A DNA stretch of 64,000 nt from Planctomycetota bacterium (lineage in GTDB: Bacteria > Planctomycetota > UBA8108 > SXIK01), in NCBI GenBank assembly GCA_965223265.1, contig OZ244999.1, forward strand, positions 352,001 through 416,000. Reading direction: 5' to 3'. A model generated the notes under the pieces. It was not told the origin of the DNA and did no database searches. It was given only the letters and a program-made list of their open reading frames with translations. Position 1 is the first letter of the stretch. The number at the start of each line of letters is the position of its first letter. This document shows positions 19,201 through 28,979 of the stretch, piece after piece. The position numbers and the translations under genes are program-made.

Positions 19201-21111
19201 TTGTCGAAGTCTCGTGAGAGTCACTTCCGCCGTCGTGGCTTGCCAATCCCATCGAATCCTAGTGTCACGGCTCTCGCGCTGGCAACCGGAGACGTTGTGT
19301 GGCGGGCCGACGAACGCGTCTTTGGAACGTGGCTTGGCTATTCCGAGGAGCACGACGTGCTTCTTCAGGCCGGCAGCCGTGCTTCAGATCGCGCCACGGA
19401 TGAAATCGGCAAAGGGATGGTCGTCTACCGCGGCTCAACCGGAGATGTCCTGTGGCAGAACGAGCTCGACTACAGCGGACCGTGTCTGCTGCTCGGCGAT
19501 CGGGTGATCACACAAGGCTACAGGCAGCCTGGCTTTTCGCTGAGCATCCTTACCGGCGAGATGGAAAAGCGAAGCCATCCGCTTTCCGGTGTCGACACGA
19601 CGTGGATGTATACGCGCAACTACGGCTGCAATACCGCCATCGGTGCTCCGAATCTGCTGACTTTTCGATCCGCCGCCGCCGGTTACTATGATCTTGCCGG
19701 CGACAGCGGCACCGGGAATTTCGGCGGTTTTCGTGCTGGCTGCACGTCCAACCTGATTCCGGCCGGAGGCATCCTCAACGCGCCCGACTATACGCGTACG
19801 TGCACGTGCTCGTACCAAAACCAAGCGTCGCTTGCGCTTGTTCATATGCCTGAGGTCGAGACGTGGACGTTCAGCCCCTACCTGGATGATGGCGAAGCTG
19901 TGCGTCGTGTCGGGCTCAATTTTGGGGCACCGGGCGATCGACTCAGTGAGGGCGGCACCCGTTGGCTCGACTTTCCCAGTGTCGGCGGCAACTCGCCGGA
20001 TCTCGACGCTGCTGTGATCAGCGGCGAGGCAACGAAGTACGTTCGCCATCACCCCACATACATAACAGGTGGCGACTTGCCATGGGTCGCCGCTTCTGCG
20101 TGGCGCGGCGAAGGTCAGCTCCTCGTCCGTCTTGCACCGCTGCGAGTTCAATCGATCCCGAACGAAATCACCGGTGGTGCGCCCTTGGCGGTCAGCGATG
20201 CTTTGGTTTCCGTCCAGGTGCCTCCCGTTGCGGCGGCGAGCTCACGGCCCCAAGAACGCTCACTTCAAGCCAAAGCGAAGGCGAAGACGATGGCTGTGAT
20301 CGCACCGGATTCGAGTTTGGCCACGAGCAGCATCACGGTCGAACTATGGGTTCGAGTTGACGGTGACGTGACGTTTGTCGACGCGAGCGGCGAAGCCGAC
20401 GGAATCGCGCAGGGTTTCATCTTGGATCAACGCAAACTGCGTGCTCGCTATGTCGTAGCCAATGAGGCTGGCGATCAGTCTGAAGAAGACGTTGTCATCG
20501 TTGAAAGTGGCGACACGATCGCCCGAGCGACGTGGGCGCATGTGGCGTTCAGCTATGACTCGAAAACCGGCGTTGGCACCCTGTTGATCGACGGTAAGGT
20601 CGTTGGAACTCACGATGGACCTGACAATCGTTCCCTCTGGTGGGGAAGCGAGCCACCAGCGTTCAAGATCGGTCATGGGGGTGCCTCGACAGGGACCCAC
20701 CTCGACGAGCTGCGGATCTGTCGCGCTGCACTCGGCGCCGAGGAGCTTCGCGTGCGCACTGAAGCTGAGATCGACGCGGCGAAAGTGATCGGGGAGTGGC
20801 GTATGAGGCCGGAGACGACTGACACGCCAGCGCGGCGTTACACGGCGCGGCTTGTGTTCGCGGAACTCGAGGATCGTCAGCCAGGCGAGCGCCGATTTGA
20901 CGTGCTTCTTCAGGGCTCGAAGCGCCTTGATGGCTTTGATATCGCGCGCGAGGCGGGCGCTGTGCGCCAAAGTGTCGTGAAGGAATTCCGCGGCATCGAA
21001 GTGACAGACAGTCTCTCCGTCATCTTGCGTGCGGCCGACGGCAGCAACGCGCAGCCGCTTCTCTGCGGCCTCGAGCTGGTCGAAGAAGAGGTGACGGCGT
21101 CAGGGGATTGA
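16279..21111 (+). CDS. large secreted PQQ-like beta-propeller protein with methyltransferase-like, LamG and malectin domains
   Basis: DWPMWRYD, repeated W.F..G propeller blades, GYCVALGVGSGRL, RNYGC, RAGC, ITVELWVR..W.HVAFSYD..DELRI and RYTARLVFAE..RRFDV. Confidence 0.7.
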   Translation: MRQRSTLNIVSLTIVSFLVFQSAGVAADWPMWRYDAGRRGASPEELPKTLHLHWVLELPPPDPAWPTNQEKLQFDRLYEPVLMGGTLFVPSMISDKLTAYDSDTGAERWKFFAEGPIRFAAVASQGRVYFASDDGHLYCLNAVDGSLQWKFRGGPRDRKLLGNDRLISAWPARGGPVLLDDSIYFGASIWPFMGVFLHSLDAASGQVLWTNSGTGSTYLVQQHNSPAFAGVAPQGYLAAAGDKLVVAGGRTIPATFDRKSGELLHFNVSSRVMGSKGGGGYEAIVGDDFYLNRGCMYRLDNGAFVGNVDAMIVSPFSIIGKDADGIKGFKTGWETLETKDARGNPVKKTVVPASWTTPLDAEIKQVFVKSGSRLYCTAADSAVIAVDLPQLDRGAGVGWRMQLPDEPLNMITGDGKLFVSTAQGRIYCFGGEDRGVPLPASREVAAEKSRVDLDFGVVDEWTQLAGQILRRTSTGAGYCVALGVGSGRLVEELLRQSELHVIVVEPDAARVDAFRRSMDQRRAYGRRVAAVIGEPLGAELPRYMAELVVSEDKDAAGFADDPKFIERVFDVLRPFSGSAAFVCSQAEYDDLRQRVAGAKLDQGRVTRSGRLAVIERFDAPSGSGDWTHQYGNAANTVTSIDARVRTPLGLLWFGGPSNAAVLPRHGHGPTPQVSGGRLYIEGRDMIRAMDIYTGRVAWERELQGVGKHYDYTSHEPGANLIGSNYVSMSDGVYVVHDDRCLRLDPVTGETIATFELPASGSASSVSGDSSAEAPKPARPAWGYIGIDGDVLIGGAQPTSDQTPEYHDRELRRMRGGVAETLKIFKSLRGFRFLAPIKDDAPHEQASRFIGDHVNLLLLDDDMVARIPLKARFRAEGAEEVEKKLKEYLEAVPGRTATDHEALVLKRELLHLYFGWPKYVPATAGKFGSTLRAQSKKLVAMNRYSGRILWEHEAKHQIRHNSITVGGGTVFYIDRLSKSRESHFRRRGLPIPSNPSVTALALATGDVVWRADERVFGTWLGYSEEHDVLLQAGSRASDRATDEIGKGMVVYRGSTGDVLWQNELDYSGPCLLLGDRVITQGYRQPGFSLSILTGEMEKRSHPLSGVDTTWMYTRNYGCNTAIGAPNLLTFRSAAAGYYDLAGDSGTGNFGGFRAGCTSNLIPAGGILNAPDYTRTCTCSYQNQASLALVHMPEVETWTFSPYLDDGEAVRRVGLNFGAPGDRLSEGGTRWLDFPSVGGNSPDLDAAVISGEATKYVRHHPTYITGGDLPWVAASAWRGEGQLLVRLAPLRVQSIPNEITGGAPLAVSDALVSVQVPPVAAASSRPQERSLQAKAKAKTMAVIAPDSSLATSSITVELWVRVDGDVTFVDASGEADGIAQGFILDQRKLRARYVVANEAGDQSEEDVVIVESGDTIARATWAHVAFSYDSKTGVGTLLIDGKVVGTHDGPDNRSLWWGSEPPAFKIGHGGASTGTHLDELRICRAALGAEELRVRTEAEIDAAKVIGEWRMRPETTDTPARRYTARLVFAELEDRQPGERRFDVLLQGSKRLDGFDIAREAGAVRQSVVKEFRGIEVTDSLSVILRAADGSNAQPLLCGLELVEEEVTASGD

Positions 21112-21129
21112 GGTGAGCACGCGAGACGC

Positions 21130-21192
21130 GTAGCAGGCACCCGCGTGATGCCTTCCGCACTGCGGAGTTGCGCGCGGAACGTGCCTGCCATC
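21130..21192. repeat. inverted pair of REP-like palindromes
   Basis: GTAGCAGGCAC... and ...GTGCCTGCCAT between convergent genes. Confidence 0.6.
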
Positions 21193-21201
21193 GCTCGCGC
21201 T

Positions 21202-22284
21202 TTACTTCTTCGGCGCTGGTAAGTGATACCCTTCGTTGTTCAACTGGATGCGGTATAGACTCTTGCCGGCAGTAATGTAGAGCGTCTTCGCGTCGCGGCC
21301 GCGCCCGAACCCGACGTTCGTCGGGATCTCGGTCGGAATGTATGCCAGCTCTTTTCCTTTCGGCGAGTAGACCACGATGCCGGGACGAGTTTCGTCGCGA
21401 ACGGCGACGTACAGATTGCCTTCAGTGTCGACGACAAGGCCGTCGGGACCGTCCTCAGGGTAGTAGTCGACGAGCGTCTCGCGGAACTTGGCGCTGCCGT
21501 CAGGCATCAAGTCATAAGCCATGAGCGCCATCCGCCCCTTGTGCGGTGGGGCGTCGTCCGGCGTTAGCCGATCGAATCCCGTGGCGCCGTTGTCGTTGCT
21601 CACGACGTAGAGGGTTTTTTGGTCCGGCGAGATGGCAACGCCGTTCGGCTTGCCGGCGTCGGTGATGATGCGATGGATCGATAGGTCTCGGTCGATACGG
21701 TAGACCGCCATCACTGGTTGATCGACTGGTTCGTGCCCAAGGTAGCGGGGATCGCTGAAGTAGATCCGGCCGCGTTCGTCGATCGTGATGTCGTTCGGCG
21801 CGTTGAAGGGCCGCCCTTCGTAGAGCCCCGCGATCACGTACGTCTTGCCGGTCGTCATATCAGTGCGCGTGACGCGCCGTCCACCGTAGTCGGCACCCTC
21901 GGCGACGATCATGTTGCCCGCGGCGTCGAACTTGATGCCGTTCGACATGCCGCTCGGTGATCGATAGACGGTCGCCGTGCCTCTGCGTGGGTCATACTTC
22001 CAGATGTTGCCGGCCTGAACCGCGCCGTCCGAGTCGGCGCATTGAAACGTAAATGTGATGTCGCTGAAGTAGACCATTCCATCTGGCGCCACGGCGACGC
22101 CTTCAGTGAGGATGCACGCTCCATCGAAAAGCTTTTCCAGCTTCGCGCCTGCCGGCACGATCTTGTCGTCTGCTGCGTCGAGCGCGGCGCCCGACGCAAT
22201 GACGTAAAAAACCGCCAAGCAGGCGTGAGACGCGATAGCGGAGAACTTAGTCGACACTGGCAGCTTCAAAGCCTCACAGTTCAT
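21202..22284 (-). CDS. SMP-30/gluconolactonase family protein
   Basis: TEGV, FSDI, SNGI, NAPND, PNGVAISPD..LYV, PDGLVVD.EGNLY and PTNVGFG..TLYITA. Confidence 0.9.
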   Translation of the reverse strand: MNCEALKLPVSTKFSAIASHACLAVFYVIASGAALDAADDKIVPAGAKLEKLFDGACILTEGVAVAPDGMVYFSDITFTFQCADSDGAVQAGNIWKYDPRRGTATVYRSPSGMSNGIKFDAAGNMIVAEGADYGGRRVTRTDMTTGKTYVIAGLYEGRPFNAPNDITIDERGRIYFSDPRYLGHEPVDQPVMAVYRIDRDLSIHRIITDAGKPNGVAISPDQKTLYVVSNDNGATGFDRLTPDDAPPHKGRMALMAYDLMPDGSAKFRETLVDYYPEDGPDGLVVDTEGNLYVAVRDETRPGIVVYSPKGKELAYIPTEIPTNVGFGRGRDAKTLYITAGKSLYRIQLNNEGYHLPAPKK

Positions 22285-22572
22285 GATGCTCCTTTCGAAA
22301 CGAGGCGCGGCGGTTTCCGTCTCAGCGCTGAGTCCATTCGCACCGACAGAACCGCTGCAAAAAGCGTAGAACTAGGAATACGACCCGCACATATCTTAGC
22401 TCGGTCGATTCGTGAGATTCTATAGCGAGGCCATGGTGCGAAGCTGAAACTCAACAGCGCGTGTTCGCCTCAGTGTCGGAGACGATCCTTCCGTCGCGTC
22501 GAGGTGGATTCTCAACGCAGCCGCCGGTTAGACTGTTGCGCGGCGATTTTTACCCCAACTGGAGGTCACAAC

Positions 22573-23691
22573 GTGGGTCTCTTCGACAAGCTTCGCGGTG
22601 AGTTCATCGACATCATCGAATGGATCGATGACTCTCGGCACACCCTCGTCTGGCGCTTCCCGCGCTACCACAATCAGATTAAAAATGGCGCCCAGCTGAT
22701 CGTCCGTCCGGGTCAGGTTGCGGTCTTCGTCCACGAAGGGCGCCTCGCGGACGTCTTCGAGCCTGGGCGATACGAACTGACCACAAACAACCTGCCGATT
22801 CTCAGCACTCTACTTGGGTGGAAATACGGCTTCGACAGTCCATTCAAGTGCGAAGTCTACTTCGTGAGCACGCGCCAGGTAACCGACCTCAAGTGGGGCA
22901 CGCCGAACCCAGTCATCTTGCGTGACGCGGATTTCGGCCCGGTGCGCGTGCGTGCATTCGGGACGTACGTGCTCAAAGCGACCGACCCGAAAGCTCTGCT
23001 GAAGGAACTCGTTGGTGCCGACAGTGCTGTCGACGCCGAGGAGATCGGTGAGCTGATGCGCTCCACGATTGTAACCGCCTTCGCAGACATGATCGGCGAG
23101 TCTAAGATCGCCGTGCTCGACTTGGCCGCGAACTATCGTGAGCTCTCAGAGAAACTGCGGCAGCTCGTCGTGCAGCGCATCGACGACGAGTACGGGCTCG
23201 ACGTACCGCAATTCTTTATCGTCAACGTCTCGCTTCCGGAGGAAGTCGAGAAGTCGCTCGACACTCGTACGAGCATGGAAGTTGTCGGAGACATGGGGCG
23301 CTTCCAGCAGTACCAGCTTGGAAACGCGATGGTGCAAGCTGCCCAGAATCCGGCTGGCGGCGGCGCAGCCGAGGGCATGGGGCTTGGGATGGGCTTCGCG
23401 ATGGCGCAGCGCATGGCGGAGGGTATGGGAAGCGGGTCATTGATGCCGCCGCCAGCGCCCATGGCACCCCAGTGGCATATCGCCGTGAACGGTCAGACGC
23501 AGGGCCCGTTCGCCATCGCGCAGATCGCCTCCGGCATCGCTTCCGGGCAGATCGAGCGAAATACGTTTGTCTGGACCGCCGGCATGTCGGGCTGGGTCGC
23601 AGCCGGTGACGTACCGCAGCTTGCGGGATATTTTGCCGTGCCGCCCCCGCCACCTCCGCCGCCTCCGCCACCAAAAGCAGCGGAAAAGTAG
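22573..23691 (+). CDS. SPFH (band-7, YdjI-like) protein with C-terminal GYF_2 domain
   Basis: FIDIIEW, QLIVRPGQ, KWGTPNP..RD.DFG and W.....GQTQGPF..VWTAGMSGW. RBS GGAGG precedes GTG 22573. Confidence 0.8.
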   Translation: MGLFDKLRGEFIDIIEWIDDSRHTLVWRFPRYHNQIKNGAQLIVRPGQVAVFVHEGRLADVFEPGRYELTTNNLPILSTLLGWKYGFDSPFKCEVYFVSTRQVTDLKWGTPNPVILRDADFGPVRVRAFGTYVLKATDPKALLKELVGADSAVDAEEIGELMRSTIVTAFADMIGESKIAVLDLAANYRELSEKLRQLVVQRIDDEYGLDVPQFFIVNVSLPEEVEKSLDTRTSMEVVGDMGRFQQYQLGNAMVQAAQNPAGGGAAEGMGLGMGFAMAQRMAEGMGSGSLMPPPAPMAPQWHIAVNGQTQGPFAIAQIASGIASGQIERNTFVWTAGMSGWVAAGDVPQLAGYFAVPPPPPPPPPPPKAAEK

Positions 23692-23713
23692 TGCTCCCAG
23701 GCGGTCTGCTGAG

Positions 23714-24949
23714 ATGTCGTCGCGACCCCTGCATCGCGACCTCGCGGCGAAGTTCTTCTTTCAATCGGCTGTGATGACTGATCTTCCCGAGACACCTCCT
23801 CCTGTGCCGCCGGATTTTCCGGTCGACAGCACGACCCAGCGTGCAGGTCAGCGAATCGACGAAGGCAAGGGCCGCATCTTTCCATGTGAGAAATGCGGCG
23901 CCGACTTGGCGTTTCATGTCGGTGAGCAGCAGCTCAAGTGTCCTTACTGCGCGTTCGTTAAAGAGCTCGATATCGGCGCCGACGAGCGCGTTGAGGAGCA
24001 GGACTTCCACGCCATGCTCGAGCGGCTCGCCGAGCTGCGCAGCGCTGGGCACGCGGGCGAGATGGACGGCGAAGAGGTTCGCTGCGAGGCGTGTGGCGCC
24101 AACGTTGTTTTTGCGGGGACTCTCACGAGCTCCGAGTGCGCGTACTGTGGCTCACCGGTTCAGCGCGAGAAGGGCCATCGCGCGGCGCATCGCGTGCCTG
24201 TCGACGGAGTGTTGCCGTTCAAGATCGAGCGGGCGAACGCGCAGGAGCGTTTCGGCGCTTGGGTGTCGTCGCGATGGTTTGCACCGTCTGCATTCCATCA
24301 GCGTAGTGTCGACGGCAAGTTTTCTGGGATCTATGTGCCCTACTGGACGTTCGACGCGATGACCGCAAATCGTTACTCGGGCGAGCGCGGTGAGCACTAT
24401 TGGGTGAGCACTGGGACGGGCAAAAATCGCACGCGGGTGCGGCGCACTCGTTGGTACTCCGCGAGTGGTTTCTTTCAGCGATTCTTCGACGACGTTCTTG
24501 TCTGCGCCTCCCGCGGTCTACCGCCGAAGCTCGTGCGGCGGCTCGATCCTTGGCCCCTGCAGTTTTGCATCCCGTTCACGCAGCAAGCGCTGGCGGGCTT
24601 TCTCGCCGAAACTTACCACGTTTCCCTGGAGGACGGTTTCGTGGAGGCGAAGGCGAACATCGATACCGCCATTCGCAGCGAAGTGAAGCACCGCATCGGC
24701 GGGGACGAGCAGAGAGTCGACTGGATCCGATCGCGATACGATGCGATCACCTACAAGCATCTGCTCCTACCGATCTGGCTGCTGGTGTATCGCTACCGAG
24801 AAAAGTCCTATCGTGTCCTGATCAACGCGTCGTCCGGCGAGGTCCAGGGCGAACGCCCATACAGCTGGGTGAAGATTCTTCTCGCAGCTCTCGTCCTCTT
24901 CGCTGTTGCTGGGGTGGTCGCCTATCTCGCGACGCGCTCGCACCGCTGA
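23714..24949 (+). CDS. zinc-ribbon membrane protein (YdjG-like)
   Basis: Four CxxC pairs (CEKCGA, CPYC, CEACGA, CAYCG), YVPYWTFD, LLPIW, INASSGEVQGERP and a C-terminal TM helix. Alternative start at 23774. Confidence 0.7.
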   Translation: MSSRPLHRDLAAKFFFQSAVMTDLPETPPPVPPDFPVDSTTQRAGQRIDEGKGRIFPCEKCGADLAFHVGEQQLKCPYCAFVKELDIGADERVEEQDFHAMLERLAELRSAGHAGEMDGEEVRCEACGANVVFAGTLTSSECAYCGSPVQREKGHRAAHRVPVDGVLPFKIERANAQERFGAWVSSRWFAPSAFHQRSVDGKFSGIYVPYWTFDAMTANRYSGERGEHYWVSTGTGKNRTRVRRTRWYSASGFFQRFFDDVLVCASRGLPPKLVRRLDPWPLQFCIPFTQQALAGFLAETYHVSLEDGFVEAKANIDTAIRSEVKHRIGGDEQRVDWIRSRYDAITYKHLLLPIWLLVYRYREKSYRVLINASSGEVQGERPYSWVKILLAALVLFAVAGVVAYLATRSHR

Positions 24950-25052
24950 GTCATCGCCCAACGCCGAGTCTGTGCATCACTTCCGTCGATCCAAAGGGCG
25001 CGTTTCTGTGGTGGACGCTCTTCCAGGAACGTTCTTGCCGCGGTTCTCTTAT

Positions 25053-25125
25053 TCTCTGCGCACCTCCGTGTCCTCCGTGGTGAAGAATTCTTCACTCTCG
25101 GAATTCTCACAACAGAGGACGCAGA
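25053..25125. repeat. 9-nt-period imperfect inverted repeat
   Basis: CTCTGCGCA-CCTCCGTGT-CCTCCGTGG ... CAGAGGACGCAGAG in the intergenic region between convergent genes. Confidence 0.45.
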
Positions 25126-25405
25126 GTTTCTGATCAAGAACCATCGAGGTCTTTGCTTCGCGCCTTCCCTACGTACGCCCGCGTCGTCGTTGGTAAGACG
25201 CTCGTTGTTCCCGAAGTTCTCAGGCAGTGTCAAAAGTGACGCAGCGCGAGCTTTGTCCGCAGGCCAACCGTGGCAATTGCGGACCGGCGCTGGAAGGCGA
25301 TGTCCCTGATCTAGCCTAGCAGCTGTTGGAGGTTTACCGTGGAGCGTAGGGAAGCAAGCGAAGTAGCGATCCTCCCGCCTCTCCGCGCTACGGCGCGCGC
25401 CGGCG

Positions 25406-27634
25406 TTACTTTCCCTGCGGCGGCGGCAGCGCCGAACGTAGCACGAGCGGTTCGTCGGCCGGAGTCATGGATCGGAAGGCAAAGCCCCAGTTGCCACCCA
25501 GGTTGTGCACTTTGAGCAAGAGCGTGTTCTTGCCGGCTTTGAGCCGCGCCTTGACCGTGTCTTGATCGACCATGAGGCCGCGCGGTAGCAGGTGCGCGTG
25601 AATCTTTTCGTCATTGAGCCAGAGGACGCAACCGTCGTTAGTGCCCAACTTGAACACCACGTCCTGATCGCTGTCGCTGACGATTTCAGTGTACGCGTAC
25701 GCGAGTCGCTGGCGGCTGCGGCGGAAGCGGGGCAAGAGATCGATCTCGCCGTTGGTCGACAGGATCCGTGGCCGCTGCCAACGGAATCGTCGTGGGCCGA
25801 TGTTGTGGATCTTGTCAAACTCCCGGGACTCTTCTGGAAAAAACTTCGTCGTCAGCGCCGTGTCGTCGTCTGCCGGGATCGGTCCGATGAGCCACCAGTC
25901 GAATAGGAAACCATCAGCGATCGCTTGGCGCTGCGGATTGCGGCCTGCACTCGTCAGCTTGTCTACGGCTTTCTCTTTGAGCTCTTGCGGGAACTGGCCG
26001 CTGAGAATGTTGAGTAGGAGCTGCTCGGCGCGATCGACCTCCCCAGCATCGACGAGGCGCACGGTCAAATCGACGAACACCCGCGCCGCATCGCCGCCGA
26101 CGACGGCGTGGCGGAGAAACGGCACGAGCTGCTCGACGGCGCTGGTATCGCCGACATCTTGTAGCCCCGCGATCGCCGCAGCCAACTGCTCGTCGGTGCT
26201 AGCGAACTCGAGCGAGTTTGCATACATGGCGCTCACTTCCGCGCGCGGCGGGGTTGGCAGCTGGAGCTTGTGGGCGGCGAGGGCGAGGTACGCGCTCACG
26301 GCTGTGGGGCGTACAGAACCGGAGCCAGAGCGCGCCAACTCGAGAAACGTGGACTCCAGAGTTGGATCGAGCAGCTTGCCGGTGAGGTCGAGTGCCGTGA
26401 CTCTAACCTCCGGGTCACGACTCAACACGGCGCGCTCGATGAGTGCGCGTGAGCCTTCGGGGTCACGCTCGGCGAGCGCTCGAAGTAGAAAGACACGTTT
26501 TTCGCCCTGGGAACCCTCATACTCGCGCCGTAGTCGCGAGGTGACGTCGGAACCGCTGCGGGCTGAGAGTCGTGCAATCGCCAGACGTCGGACGCGATCA
26601 GCCGGATCGGCGAGGCCGACAAGAAGCGATTCCAGTGACGCCGCGTTTTCGATTCGGGTCAGGTGCTCGAGGGCGCGCTCGCGCTGGTAGTCGAGCGGTG
26701 CGGAGGTCAGCGCGCGCTCGTAAACTCGCTTGGCCGCAGCGGCGTCACCCTTGGCGCTGATCTCGTCGGCGAGCCGCAGATACTCGCGAAACACCTCGGC
26801 CTGTACCGCTCCGTCGGTGCGCGTGATTTCAGCCTCGAAAGCTTCAATCGATGACGTGGCGGCCAGCATTGCTAACCCCTTCAAGGCCGACAAGCGCACC
26901 TCCTGCGCGTCGGCTTGTGACTGCGACAGCAGAAAGGGAATTGCCTCAGGGTTTCGATGCTTGGCGATGCTGAAAAGATAGTCGCTTGCCGTCTTTGGAT
27001 CGGCGCTTTTTGCGGCCCTGATCAACGCTTCTGTCGCGCGCGCCACAGGGATGCGTTCGAGTGCGAGCCGCGCACTCTCTCGGACGTGCTTGTCGTCGTC
27101 CCGCAGCACTCCGGCGACATGCGGCACAGCTTCGGCTCCCCCGACGTACGATAAAAGGTTGAGTGCGATCAGTTTGACTTTTCGAGGCGCTGCGTCGTGC
27201 AGCAGCCGGCCGAGCTCCACACTGACCGCTCGCGCTTCGTCTGGTGCCTGAGGGCGCGCGGCGTGGTGAGTGAGCGTCTGAAGCGCTCTTTCCGCGGAAA
27301 TGGCCACCTCGCGCCGATCGTCTCGCAGCAGCTTCCCAAGAGGTGCAACCGCCGCCGACCCACAGCGCGCCGCGTCGATAGTTCGGGCTCGATGCCGCAC
27401 TTCTTTGTCGTCTGAGGTGATGTGCTGAATCAAAGTGGCGACATCGTCGGCAGGGAGCGGCTGCAGCCCGAGACAAACGACGAGCGTGACCGCCATCGCG
27501 CCGAGCGCCGCGCTCCACGATTCGCTCTGTCGTGCTTTCTGGAGTCCAGCAACGGCACTCGGTGCGGCCGTTCGCCGATCGCGTCGCGCTGCAGTCGTAT
27601 CGTGATGCAAAGTGGTTGGTGATTCGTAGTTCAT
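25406..27634 (-). CDS. HEAT-repeat protein with C-terminal PA14/jelly-roll-like domain
   Basis: Repeated VR..A..AL helices. C-terminal WWLIGP..AYAY..GTNDG..WLN..LKAGKNTLLLKV..WGF. Confidence 0.7.
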   Translation of the reverse strand: MNYESPTTLHHDTTAARRDRRTAAPSAVAGLQKARQSESWSAALGAMAVTLVVCLGLQPLPADDVATLIQHITSDDKEVRHRARTIDAARCGSAAVAPLGKLLRDDRREVAISAERALQTLTHHAARPQAPDEARAVSVELGRLLHDAAPRKVKLIALNLLSYVGGAEAVPHVAGVLRDDDKHVRESARLALERIPVARATEALIRAAKSADPKTASDYLFSIAKHRNPEAIPFLLSQSQADAQEVRLSALKGLAMLAATSSIEAFEAEITRTDGAVQAEVFREYLRLADEISAKGDAAAAKRVYERALTSAPLDYQRERALEHLTRIENAASLESLLVGLADPADRVRRLAIARLSARSGSDVTSRLRREYEGSQGEKRVFLLRALAERDPEGSRALIERAVLSRDPEVRVTALDLTGKLLDPTLESTFLELARSGSGSVRPTAVSAYLALAAHKLQLPTPPRAEVSAMYANSLEFASTDEQLAAAIAGLQDVGDTSAVEQLVPFLRHAVVGGDAARVFVDLTVRLVDAGEVDRAEQLLLNILSGQFPQELKEKAVDKLTSAGRNPQRQAIADGFLFDWWLIGPIPADDDTALTTKFFPEESREFDKIHNIGPRRFRWQRPRILSTNGEIDLLPRFRRSRQRLAYAYTEIVSDSDQDVVFKLGTNDGCVLWLNDEKIHAHLLPRGLMVDQDTVKARLKAGKNTLLLKVHNLGGNWGFAFRSMTPADEPLVLRSALPPPQGK

Positions 27635-27707
27635 CGCAGTGGTCTCGTGACTGGGTCGAGTTCGCGGCGCGCTATGCCGTCGACGTCAAGTTGCGAGCGT
27701 CAGGCGG

Positions 27708-28979
27708 CTAGATCCGCCATGGCGCACGGTTCGGTCGAGCGAGCATGCGACTCGCCTCCGGGTCACCGATGACGTCTTCTTTTTCGGCGTCCCAATAGAG
27801 CTTGCGTCCGAGAATGAAGGAGATGTTGCCGAGGATGCACAGGTTCGCGACGCTATATCCTGCGTCGATCGACATGATCGGATCGCTGCGCGTACGGATG
27901 CAGTCCACCCAATCTTGCTCGTGACCGGGACTCTTGTAGGGGTGATACCCGTCGCTCGGCGGCTCGTAGTTCATCGCTTTCTCTTCGGTGCCGCAGCCGC
28001 CGTCGCCGCCTGTGACGACAAGACGACCTTTCTCACCTTCGTACACGGCACCGAAACCAGCGCCCATTTGCGGCTCACCCGGTTGCCGCCAGTGCATGGT
28101 CCAGTCGGGGTCTTTGAACTCAAACGTCGCGTCCATCTCGACCGGGCAGTCCCAGAGCCCCTCCGACGGTGTCGTCCCTGTGGCGACGATGGAGTGAAGT
28201 GGCTGCGTGTCTGCCCCCATCAGCCAGAGCGCGACTGACATGACGTGCGCACCGCGATCGCGGATCTGACCGCCACCGAATTCGAGGAACCAGCGGAAAT
28301 TGAAATGACAGCGCTCTGAGTTGTACGGCACATAGCGGACAGGGCCGAGCCACATGTCCCAGTCGAGGTTCGCGGGCGGTGGCTCGTCGGGTTTGAAGCC
28401 GCCGACCGGGTTTGGGTAGTGCCAGCACGTGACTTCGTGAACTCGTCCGATCTGTCCGTTACGGATGTAACGACAGGCATGGTAAGCTGCGTTCGTCGAA
28501 CGACCTTGCGAGCCGACCTGAATGACGCGGCTGGTACGGGCCGCGGTTTCCTTCATCTTCTTGCCTTCTTCTACGGTCAGGCTGAGCGGCTTTTGGCAGT
28601 AGACGTCCTTGCCTGCCTCGCAGGCGTAGATCGTCATCACAGCATGCCAGTGGTCCGGCGTCGCAACGATGACTGCGTCGATATCGCGGCGATCGAGGAT
28701 TTCACGGAAATCTTTGTAGAGCGGCACATAACGTCCGATTCTTCGCGCCGCACGGTTGAGGTGGACTTCGTCGACGTCACAGAGAGCGCCGCACATGTCG
28801 CGGAAGAAATTCAAGTGGCCGGAGCCCATTCCACCGAGTCCGATGTGTCCTGTGACGATCCGTTCATTCGGAGACGCAGCACCGAGGAAACCGCGAGGGA
28901 AAATCGCTGGTGCGGAAAGTGCTGCGCCCAGCGACGCGCAGCGCGTTAGAAATCGTCGTCGAGAAACGACCGGACTCAT
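27708..28979 (-). CDS. Tat-exported Gfo/Idh/MocA oxidoreductase
   Basis: SRRRFL, IGLGGMG, ATPDHWHA, GKDVYCQKP, QVGSQGRS and LDWDMWLGP. Confidence 0.9.
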   Translation of the reverse strand: MSPVVSRRRFLTRCASLGAALSAPAIFPRGFLGAASPNERIVTGHIGLGGMGSGHLNFFRDMCGALCDVDEVHLNRAARRIGRYVPLYKDFREILDRRDIDAVIVATPDHWHAVMTIYACEAGKDVYCQKPLSLTVEEGKKMKETAARTSRVIQVGSQGRSTNAAYHACRYIRNGQIGRVHEVTCWHYPNPVGGFKPDEPPPANLDWDMWLGPVRYVPYNSERCHFNFRWFLEFGGGQIRDRGAHVMSVALWLMGADTQPLHSIVATGTTPSEGLWDCPVEMDATFEFKDPDWTMHWRQPGEPQMGAGFGAVYEGEKGRLVVTGGDGGCGTEEKAMNYEPPSDGYHPYKSPGHEQDWVDCIRTRSDPIMSIDAGYSVANLCILGNISFILGRKLYWDAEKEDVIGDPEASRMLARPNRAPWRI

